From assembly GCF_963921235.1 (NCBI RefSeq), contig NC_086107.1, positions 107,572,001-107,632,000 on the forward strand: a stretch of DNA of 60,000 nucleotides, written 5' to 3'. The notes under the pieces are model-generated. The model did no database searches. It saw nothing but the letters and a program-made list of their open reading frames with translations, and was not told the origin of the DNA. Positions 50,433 to 60,000 of the stretch are shown here, piece by piece. Each line of letters opens with the position of its first letter. The stretch's first letter is position 1. Position numbers and translations under genes: made by a program. Origin of the DNA: Mobula hypostoma (taxonomy: Eukaryota).

Positions 50433-53400
50433 AAGCTTCAGCATGACAAAGGAATAGCTGATGTTTTGGGTCAAGACCTGATTCTGCTGATGCTGACTGA
50501 CTGGAGTTCCTCCAGCAGCTTTTTTTCTTGCTCCTGATTCTTGCATCTGCAGTCTTGTGTTTCCAATAAACATTGTGACCTGATAAAGAATTAGATTGTG
50601 AGATCGTTCCAGATGGCATTGCATTAATATTTTATTTACAAAGTTTATAATTCGATTATGTCCAAATAGAAATGCGAGCTTCATTCTAGATTAAATGTGG
50701 GTTGGAGCTTGCACATGTTCAGCTGAGTGATTATATCCAATCAGGCAATATTTGTTACTCAGCTTGGTTGACATTTACACTTGCCCTCCATTTCTAAAAA
50801 ATCTTTAGTTAGTGGTGATTTAATTATTTATTTCCGGTGTGGTTTTTTTTGCATTCTTCACATAACATCAAAGGTAGAATTCTATTAGGTTATACATTGG
50901 TGGGCAATCCTTCAGTGTCCAGCAGTATGTGGTTAACTCGATAATCAGTAACTTGAATTTTATGCATTTCTTATTTCCCCTTTATGTGAAACTGGGGCAG
51001 GTTTATTACAGTAGGAAATGGAAAGAGTACTAACATTTAATCACTCAACCATGATTGATATCATTGCAGCTTCTTATAAGTATTTCTGCTTCTTAAAAAT
51101 ATGCGACCAAGAAGAAGGCTCTTCTACCTGTTGTTTTTGTAGTAGCTGTTTGAAAGTGCTATTCAATTAGGCCCTGTGGTACTCATTGCTCAGTAGCTAA
51201 TATCTCTACTGCACCATATTTATCAAGTTGCCTTTTGGAAGTTATTACTGAATCAGTTTTGTTCTTTTAGTGTTACAGATCATTGTAATTCACTACAAAT
51301 AGAAAAATAATGTTCCTCTTCTCCCCCCTCTCTCCCCCCCCCCATTTTTTAATTCTTTCTGGAATTTTCAGCCTTGTGCTTCCCCATACTAATAACAATA
51401 CATTTACTTTAGTACAGCAATGGTCCTCCGGGTGAATCATAAGTTCTGTTGAGTATGCAGAAAGAAATATTTCTCTGGCATTGTGGTACCTTATCGATTT
51501 CCTCAATTTAAAAGAAAAACAAAAAATGCTGGAAAACTCAGCAGGACGGGCTCTGGAAAGAAACAGTCAACATTTTGCTTGTGCAACCCTGAGAAAAAAA
51601 GAGAGACACGTTTTCAGACAAAAAGGTAGGGGAAGGAAAAGTACACAAAGGGAATGTCTGTGATAGGAGGACTCAAATATTTCGCCTCAATTTAATTTCT
51701 CCTAGCAGCACTTAGTTATCAAAGATGATCTGTAATTTGGAAAATAAGAGCCTAACCTCACTGAATTTCTTTGAGTCGTTCACAAGGATGGATACAATTA
51801 GTATGAATTGGCTTCATTGTAACAACTTTTAGGGTAGATTGGATTACTGGCCAACAAACGCACTGCATCGTGTGATTATAATTCCTTTCGAAAGTGTTGC
51901 TCAATGAAGGTTTTAACAGTGGTATAGCTTTGACAAGTTCCATGCGTACTTTAGTCCAACAATTATATGTTTCTTTGCTGTAATAATTACAATTTCACTG
52001 CACATGCCAAAGTTCAAAGTAAATTTATTATCAAATTACATGTGTCACTATATAAAACCCTGGGATTCATTTTCTTGTGGGCATACTCAGTAAATCTATA
52101 GATTAATATCCATAATAGAATCAGTGAAAGACTGCCCATTTAGGGCATTCAACCAACATGCAGAAGACAAAAAACTTTGCAAATACAAAAACAGGAAATA
52201 ATACTATCAAATAAATAAATAAATAATAAGCTTTGCCTCCAAGTTGATGTGAGGGAAGGGCTCACGCCACCAGGTTCAGGAAGTTATTACCCCTCAACCA
52301 TAAGGCTCTTGAACCAAAGGGGATAACTTCACTCAACTTTACTTACATCTGCTAGACTTTGATCTATGTTTGAATATCTTGTGCACTGTTATTGGAGATC
52401 TTCTAAGCTTTTCAACCTCCTTGATTTGAAATCAAGGTGGATTTTATTGATTTTTACCTTTATTACTATGTGGTCATTACTATATATGACATTAACCACA
52501 CCTTGTCCCATTTTCTCTTTACTATTTTTCTGTAATGATTCATAAGCAAAAACTGAACAATTAATTTTCACTTTTTCCTAGCTGCTTATTGGTTAAGTAG
52601 TTCAGAGTAACAAAAATTAAAGGAATTGGAGACAGGGAACTAGCTGTATCTACTGGATTGAATTGAGTAGTAATTGCTTTATGGACCAACATTGATATGC
52701 CTGTTGATTGGTCTCGGAGGCAGAAACAACACTGGTGGTTCTCCTGTGACAATGGAAAGCCATTAAGGGTACTCTGGGAAGATAGATGTATACAAATGAA
52801 TCCCATTTTTATTTTATTCTGAGGGTGGAAATATCTTGGGTTACTGCTCCAGCTCTCAGATGCTCTTATTGTGCTCTGCAAGCATGCATACTTGGAGGAT
52901 GTATTGAACTTTGCTGAAAATCTGATGTTGCTACTCCATCCAGTTTCTGAGGTAATGAATAGCATCTTAATCACGTTAATAGAGAGGAGTTGAGTGGTTG
53001 ATGTCTGTGCAACTGTAGGACAAAATTGCATTTAGGGAAAAAAAATTTCTCAGATTGGCAATGTACCTGTCTTGGATCGATATGGGTATTGCTTACATTC
53101 TGGGATTCTGGAATTTATCTATTTGAAATCAGGGTTTACATGCCAGAAATTTGGTAAAAAACTGGTCACTAAGGCAAAGACAGGCCACTCACCACATTGC
53201 TTTAGCTTGCCTTTGTATTTTCTAACTAGGTTCTCCTCCTATTTGAGCTGATGCAGCCTTTTCAGTCTCCTTGCTCGGCTGTATCTGGCCGCTGCTGATA
53301 CATTCTAAGCATTAGGTAGTCAGTTTGCACATTTGTGTGGGTGTGAGAGAGCTGAGGTTTGATTATGTGTTGCAAAGTTTAGCAGATCTGGGATTAATCG

Positions 53401-54555
53401 GCCCTAAACATCAACTGTACTTTTTTCCATAGACGCTGCCGGGCCTGCTGAGTTCCTCCAGCATTTTGTGTGTTGCCTGGTAAAATAAAGAGCTGGGTTA
53501 GTGCAAAGAGAATGATTTTGAAGAACCTAGGTTAAAGTTTGGAGTTGGCTCATTAATTTGATGTAGAGGCTGGTTTGGTTGTGAAGGCATCAATCTGATA
53601 CTGACTGCAGACAGTTTCATTCCAAATAAACTAGAGTCTGCTTCGTTGCTACTGTTTTGTTCAGTTGTTAAAAGTTAAGATTATTTAAATAGGAATCACA
53701 AAAAATTAATATGAGGATGTCAGAAATAAGAAATAGGTTATTTTTGCACTACTGTACATTGGTATACATAACGGATCAAACAGTTGATTCTGAACAGAAG
53801 TGGAAAGTTAAATGGCTAAAGGTTATAAAATAAAATTAAAAGATGGCTTATGACTTTTTTCTTAAATGCATCAATTAAATATTTTTGTGCTAACCAGTGA
53901 GATGGTGAATGATCGGCAATAACCTTTTTACTACTGTTGTTTAATGAGTCAACGTTATAGGAAAAAATTCAGCAACAGTTACAGTTTGAAGAATTACTGC
54001 TGTGCTTCAGTTTTTGAAGGATTTTAAAGTGATTTAGTTATTGCAATTCAAGACTAAATTTATTGCTGGTATTCTAGAGCAAGCTGATGAAATGGAAGAT
54101 GTGCCCACCAGGATTGTAAATGTCTTTAATTCCGTTTGCTCACTCTTTATGAACCCTTATCTGGATTTGTGTTCAGAGTTTCACTTCTCGTAGCAAACAC
54201 ACAAGACCTGTTGTGAGCTGCAGCAAGGTCACCAGATGGGACTAGGTTTCTGTTTTTAGTTGTTATGACATTAGTTTTCCTGAGAGGATTTGGTATAAAC
54301 TGTAGAGCTGGGGAACCAAAGTCACTACTGGTACCAGTAAAAATACACAGATGCTTCTCTTTCCCTTAAGAAAGTAGCTGGGTTTTATAGCATTTCTGTA
54401 ACTTTCAGTTTGTTTCGCTCTTGCGATCGTCAGCAGTGTACCAATTACTTAACAGTTTCAAAACTAGTTTTTGAAAATCAGGACTATGGGGTGATAGTTT
54501 AGTCCTTGTCTCCTTCTTCCACAGGTTACAGAATGTTTTGCTTATATTCAAATTG

Positions 54556-54822
54556 AGCAGCACTGTAGCGTGGTGGTTAGCACAACACTTTACCAGTAAT
54601 CCAGGTTCAGTTCCTACTGCTTCTGTAAGGAGTTTGTGCATTCTCCCCATAACCACATGGGGTTCCTTTGGATACTCTGGTTTCCTCCCACTGTCCAAAG
54701 ATGTAACCGGTTGGCAGGTTACTAGGTCATTGTAAATTGTCCCATGATTAGGCTAGGGTTAAATTGAGGGATTGCTGGATAGTACAGCTTGAAAGGCCAG
54801 AAGGACCTATTCCGTACTCTTT
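54556..54822 (+). mobile_element. HE1/V-SINE-like tRNA SINE with CR1-type tail
   Basis: A box TAGCGTGGTGG, B box GGTTCAGTTCC, V-domain-like GGATACTCTGGTTTCCTCCCACTGTCCAAAGA, and tail GGCCAGAAGGACCTATTCC. A similar decayed copy lies at about 36770-36990. Confidence 0.8.
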
Positions 54823-54942
54823 AATTTTTTAGAAAAAAAGTTATTTGATTGCATAGTCTATGTAGGACCTACGATTACCCCCAAAGGTGTGTGTTTATGT
54901 AAGTGAGGAAACTTTACGTGTTAACTTGGTTAAATTGGTGAG

Positions 54943-55960
54943 ATGGAGCCACCAGTTGTGAAAGGTGGAAACTGACTGGACAGTTTGAGACGCCAGAGTA
55001 GGGGCGTGTATACTCGTTTGGGGAGATATCTCAGGGAGAGGTTTTATCCAGATAGATCGGCCAGGATGGCACCTATAGAGGTCAGGCAACGTCAGGTTGA
55101 GAACCCTGATGATCCGAGGCAGCCCTTGACCTTGATTACGACTATTCATAAGCCCTTCACCCCTGGGGAGAAACAGCATCTTGTCTGAGTTGCTCTCACT
55201 TAAAGTCACCTGTGGGAATTCAAAATTCTGGCACAAGCTCGAGGAAATTGTTGAAATTCACCAGATGTACCCTAAAGATATACATGCGTTAGTAAAAGCA
55301 AAATGCCCAAAATGCCCGAGGAATATGTGGGACAGGATGGCCCAGGCGGTGCAGGATGGTACATGGGCAACTACCTGGAGTGCCAGTAATGAAGAAAGAT
55401 ATCACTCTTTTAAAGGGGAAGTGAGGCAGTGGCTGGGGGGAGGCAACAGTAGCTGGGGAACGATAATGGCAGTGATTCAAAAAGCTGACGAGACAGCCAT
55501 AGATTATGCGGAACGTAAATATCGAACATATGAGGAGTATTCAGGGTTGGATAATCCCGGAAGAGATGACCCAGTCTTCCTAAAAATGCTGAAGGAAGGC
55601 CTGAGCTCAGCCTACCAGGAAGTTGTAGATTTAGGCGTAACGGTGGGGTCCAACTACTCTGCGATAGTTTTGTGGGCCAGCGAGATAGACCAAAGAAAAG
55701 GCAAGAGAAATCGTGAAGTGGGTATAGTGGGTGCAGCTGTTACGATGACACAGGGTTTGTTTTAGGTGCCAACAACCAGGGTACCTAGCAAAGGACTGCT
55801 GGACCAAGTATAAGACAGTGAAGGAGTTGATATGCTACAACTGTGGCCTATCGGGATGTGGTTGGAGACAGTGTCCAAAAGGGAGGGGGGAAAACCCAGG
55901 CGAAGGTCACGGCGGACACCCAGTCACTCACCCCATCAGCAACCAGTCTAACTGTTGATC
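54943..55960 (+). pseudogene. gag: Retroviral gag (short MA, CA with major homology region, two zinc knuckles), decayed
   Basis: ATG 54943 (GAGATGG, in-frame TAA upstream), one TGA and two frameshifts. MHR-like QKADETAIDYAERKYRTYEEYSG. Knuckles CFRCQQPG(Y)LAKDC (from 55758) and CYNCGLSG(C)GWRQC, each with the His lost. Confidence 0.88.
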
Positions 55961-56029
55961 AGATCAAAGAGCTAGTAATGGCGCCTCTTAGGGCAGGAAA
56001 AGATGTGGCATCGGGCTCCACTGCCAGCG

Positions 56030-56340
56030 CTGGTGACCCACGGATGTACACAACGACATTGTTAGGGGGAAGGCAATGCAATACGTTAATAGCACGGGCA
56101 TCGGTATTGATATCAGGTTTACCCTTACCAACAACCGGACAGGCCAGTTATATCAGGGTTGTAGGAGGGAAAACAGTAAAAGTAGAAAGAAGCGAGTGGC
56201 AAATACTAGAAATCGGGGGAGTGCAGCTTCCAGTGTATTTCTGGGTATGTCCAAATAATGAGGGCATGATCCTTGGAATAGAAATCCTAAGGGAAGCAGG
56301 AGCTGTTATAGATTCAGGAAAGGGAGAAATAATATGGATG
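56030..56340 (+). pseudogene. pro: Retroviral aspartic protease (catalytic DTG damaged)
   Basis: GDPRMY..LGGRQCNTLI-ARAS (eroded LIDTGAS), flap IRVVGG, and C-terminal ILGIEIL..GAVID. Confidence 0.82.
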
Positions 56341-56779
56341 AGTCAGGGGCAGCGAATGCATACAGCCAACAGAATACACAACCTGCCTAGCATAGTCACA
56401 GCCGCCCGGATTATCAGAGACTGCATCCTGGATGGGGTCTATGGGTTACCTTGTCAGCAGTTCTCATCTGTGTGGGCTAGACACAGGCAAGATTGTGGGC
56501 AGGTAAAGATAGACCCAGTTAAAATAGATGGGGACCTGCATAAGCCGCCTAAGCAGGACCCTATACAAACTGATACACTGACCGCTGATCAGGGTATAGT
56601 GAAGGAGCAAAAACACCAGGGGATACTCAGAGAGACTGCAGCCACTCCAGAACATAAAGTTTTCCCAGTTCCTCCGAGGGCAGACATTACTGCAAATAAG
56701 GCAGCAGGGGAACTAGAGGCAATTGAAATTGCAAGTGTGCAGGAGGAAACAGCAGAAGCCAGCTTAGTAAAATTATATG

Positions 56780-57890
56780 AAGAGGTAGAGGCAGAAGAGA
56801 CGGAAAAATGGAGGAGAAAAGGAGCAAAGGAGGGACCAGATGGGTGCTGGACACATGGGGAGGAAAGAGTTGTGGTGGCTCCACCCTGTATTAGACAGAT
56901 ACTAAAGTTATTATCATGGAGTGATGCATCAGGGAAGGTAGAGCATGATCACAACCCTCCGGCAGGACTGGTGGTGGCCAGGGATGGGCGGGGATGTTTA
57001 GAAATTCTGCTACTGTTGTATCATTTGTGCTCAGCATATCCCTGGTAAGGGCAAAAAGCTACAGCTGGCAAATCAGCCTCGGCCGAGGGGACCCTGGGAA
57101 AACATCCAGATAGACTTCACAGGGCCCCTGCCAAAAAGCAGGGGGAAAAGCTACTGTTTAGTAATTATGGATCACTTCACCCGGTGGGTAGAGGCTTTCC
57201 CAACTGCACCGCCCGCACCGCTGCATGGATCCTAGTTCAGGAAATCCTCCCAAGCTGGGGAACCCCAGTTCAGGTGGATTCAGATCAGGGAGCACATTTC
57301 ACAGGGAAAGTGATGAAGGAAATGTGCCGACTGCTAGGGATTCGACAACGGTTCCATGTACCCTACCACCCCCAGGGTTCAGGGATGGTAGAAGGGATGA
57401 ACCGAACAATCAAGAATGCGTTAGCCAAAGCTATAGCTGAGACAGGAAAGACATGGGTTGATGTACACCAGGAATCCTGATGAGATTGCGTCCAACCCTG
57501 AACCGCACATTGGGTTTTAGCCCCTACGAATTATTGATGGGGTGAGCAATGCAACTCCCCTATGGGGTAATTACGGGTTGTGGAGAGCCTGGGGCTTACA
57601 GGGATAGAATGACCCAATATGTGAAAGACCTTTGTAACCAACTTAAAGTGTTGAAGGGCCGAGTGAAAAAACAGCAGCGAATGGTTGATCAGAGAGAGCC
57701 AGGGGGAAAGGGGACAGTCCTTCTACAGCCCAGTGACCAAGTTATGGTGAGGGTGCTGCCAGAAAGGCCAGGGTTTGCCTCCAGGTGGATAGGACCGCAG
57801 ACGGTACTCTTAACCAATGATACGTGTGTCTGTGTGCAGACTCGGCGAGGTAGCCAGTGGAAACACTGGACCCAGGTTAAAGCATACAAC
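56780..57890 (+). pseudogene. Retroviral integrase (HHCC, DDE, GPY-like CTD) with stops and frameshifts
   Basis: YHGVMH..WWWPGM..C..CIICAQ; GPWENIQIDFTGPLP..MDHFTRWVEAFP; VDSDQGAHFT; HVPYHPQGSGMVEGMNRTIK; GFSPYELL; RWIGPQTVLL..WKHWTQVK. Confidence 0.93.
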
Positions 57891-58756
57891 TCGCCCTCTT
57901 GTTGCTCCCACAGACTGAGCGGGGGACCAAGTGTACCCAGTAACCATGTAATTACAGGGAACCTAAGAGAAGAACACCAGCCGGCCATGCCAGACCTGAC
58001 CACTGCTGATGAAAACGTACTCGGAGGAAACGCAAAGGCAGAAAACGCCGAGAGCGTGGCAGAAGACACTGAGAGCGTGTTGGAAAATAATGAATAGCCT
58101 GCTAAAGTGTGATGATAATGGTACTCTGTAAAGAAGGCTGGTTGCTGAAGGTAGATGATTAATTTTATAGCATAGTATAGAAAATTATTCGAAAATAGAT
58201 GTGGGGGGATTTTTAAGTTAAAGCAGAGATGGCAAGTTCCACCAATTCGATGGCATTTCGGACTGCACACGGCATCTGAAAGCAGTCACCCCCAGTCTGA
58301 GGAGCTGGGCCCTTTTCAACAGTTGGGCCAGTGATCGACCGGACAGTTCGGAAGGGGGTGCCACTGGGGAGAGGTCCTTGCAGACATTTACGTAGAGGCC
58401 ACCCCAACCCCTTCCTGTACATCGAGAAGGCCTGTGGGTGCTCCTGGAAGAAGAGTTTCAGCGACCAGAGGATGAAGGGCTGAAGACAAAGGAATGTGAT
58501 TAAGCTGCAGTCAACCTGCAGGCAGAGAGCTGACAGGCACACGATAGGAGCCGCATTTTCTAAAGACTTGGAACAGCCTCTCTGCTTAACATTTGGTAGG
58601 TAGCGATTAGAGAATGCTCGGATAGATATTGAGTCGCACAAAATTGGCGGGGGGGGGGTGGGAATTTCGAGACAGGGCGTTTTTGCTGCCCTATTTGAGC
58701 AGATCCTCCTAGATTGGCCTTTCCTGGTACAAATTTAATTTTTGTCCAGGAGGGCC

Positions 58757-58768
58757 AAGAGGAGGGAC
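58757..58768 (+). promoter_or_regulatory. Polypurine tract
   Basis: AAGAGGAGGGAC immediately precedes the TG of the LTR. Confidence 0.8.
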
Positions 58769-59337
58769 TGTTACAGTGAATTTTTGGATAGATGATTCAC
58801 TTACACTTAAATGACTTTGGCTCTATTTGACAAAGTAATGTGGATTGAGTTCACAAAAATGCATTTCCTAAAAGCTGTGAATATCAGAATACTAGCCAGG
58901 TGCTGCGGATGGAAGTGTGAAGTTTACAGGTAGTTTCGAAGACAGCCTTATCTATACTTTATAAATATGAATTGTCCTCTGTGTTAGCACGTAAAATACC
59001 AAATAAATGTATTGTGGATTTAACTTGCATTCCTAAAGGCTGTGAGCACCATCCAGACATGGTGGGCGTCAGGAGGAAAGGATGAAGTCAGAAGGTGTGA
59101 TGTTTTGTATGTAGCTTCAAAAGAAAGCATTGTCTATGCATTGTCTATAACCTTGTAAATAGGAATTGTCCTTTGTGTTTAGCAAATAAATATCGAGCCC
59201 ACATTGGGCTAGCAGACCTTTCTACCGAAAGCGTCTCCGTCCATATGATGCCTGCTGTACCTTGTTGTGTGGAATAAAGAAGCTGCTTTGTATCTACCAG
59301 TAACTCTGTCTCTGGTGATTTCATCCACGTTACTACA
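58769..59337 (+). repeat. 3' LTR (569 bp)
   Basis: Begins TGTTACAG after the PPT, has AATAAA at 59273-59278, and ends ..GTTACTACA (TG...CA). No second copy was seen in the window, so the right end is inferred from motifs only. Confidence 0.75.
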
Positions 59338-60000
59338 TTCTTGGGCTGCTTCTGCTTTTGCATAGCATCCACGTGCTCCTTGCAAAGATGCTTGCTACCT
59401 TTCTGGACATTTCCCCTCAGTTGAAGTGGCTGTGGATAAGTGAGGGTGTTGCATTTTTCAGAGAGGCTTTGAAAATATACTGGAGATAGCTCTGCCATAA
59501 CAGATTTCCAGCAATGCACTAACAGTAAGTTATCTGATGTGGGAGTCTGAATATTAGTTTAGTTTGTAAACCATGTGGCCCAATGGAGATCATTGAGTGT
59601 AAGTATAGCCTTGATACTAATGGCATTGGCCTGGGGGAGAAAATGCTGATCGATTTGAAGGACTTCAGAGTTTTGGTGTAATTTCTTGTGTTCTGGGGTG
59701 GCTGAAGGAGATGAACTATGTCTCTAAAGCACTTGGGAAGATGGAATCAATGCTTCATTTGTAGACCATAATTCTTCTGTCGGATTGGAGGTCTTGGATT
59801 GGTTCATTATTTTATTAATTGATTGCCAGAAGTCTATCATTGGCTGTTTCAGTACTGCTTTGGCTTCACCTCTTCACTGTTGTAATGTTTAAAAGCAGGA
59901 AATTCTTGGTGGTATCTGTTCAGGATGTGGCTCCTGCATGTAAGCAACAACCAAAAGAAGTGTGTTTTTATCCAAGAATTGTGTGCTGTTCAATTACATT

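Larger units (their letters stand above)
54841..59337 (+). mobile_element. Defective endogenous retrovirus-like provirus: gag-pro-(RT/RH deleted)-IN-(no env)-PPT-3'LTR; 5' LTR absent
   Basis: Ordered retroviral domains (see sub-features), PPT AAGAGGAGGGAC directly followed by TGTTAC, and an LTR ending ..TACA with AATAAA. The left boundary is approximate. Confidence 0.92.

Noticed and set aside
52853..52951. 99-nt open phase 0-0 segment LSDALIVLCKHAYLEDVLNFAENLMLLLHPVSE with ag/gt ends
   Set aside because: The pyrimidine tract is weak and there is no recognisable homology or linked exon. It could be real but cannot be supported.
52561..53031. 156-aa minus-strand ORF
   Set aside because: No recognisable motif and composition like translated non-coding DNA. 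Treated as a chance ORF.
54556..54625. tRNA gene
   Set aside because: The A/B boxes belong to a SINE head, no full cloverleaf is present, and it continues into V-domain and CR1-tail sequence. The same applies to 49670-49738.
55880..55897. GGGAAAA slippery site for gag-pol frameshifting
   Set aside because: The downstream frame is +1 rather than -1 relative to the knuckle frame, and homopolymer indels from decay explain it equally well.
57689..58270. 193-aa antisense ORF in the provirus (HBZ/ASP-like idea)
   Set aside because: It mostly mirrors the open integrase C-terminal frame, which lowers stop frequency on the opposite strand. There is no independent support.
58100..58760. env gene
   Set aside because: The region is too short and has no signal peptide, furin site, heptad repeat or transmembrane segment in any frame.

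Overview
Vertebrate genomic DNA, not prokaryotic. It is AT-rich and dominated by transposons, and the repeat repertoire (many CR1 LINEs, HE1/V-SINE-like and DeuSINE-like SINEs, Penelope elements, Rex1/Babar-type LINEs) points to a cartilaginous fish, probably a ray (inference). Nearly all ORFs in the supplied track are transposon fragments or chance ORFs. The left half holds a few short + strand exons of an unidentified host gene. Its introns contain a ~1.1-kb Helitron derivative (2476-3559), nested CR1s, and a full-length decayed L1 (15921-22569, TSD AGTTCATGGGT) that itself carries a hAT-in-hAT composite MITE. The centre has a young CR1 (34035-36072), a Penelope insertion with terminal inverted repeats, two hammerhead ribozyme motifs and a captured CR1 segment (39724-41710), and a repeat-poor promoter-like region (about 42.4-44.3 kb). 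The most unusual feature is a retrovirus-like provirus at 54841-59337. It has gag (very short matrix, two zinc knuckles), protease and integrase, but RT/RNase H are removed in frame and there is no env. In place of env it has a splice acceptor followed by a CpG-decayed Arg-rich (Rev-like) frame and a second decayed ORF, then a PPT and a 569-bp 3' LTR. All family names come from motif recognition by eye; no database searches were run.
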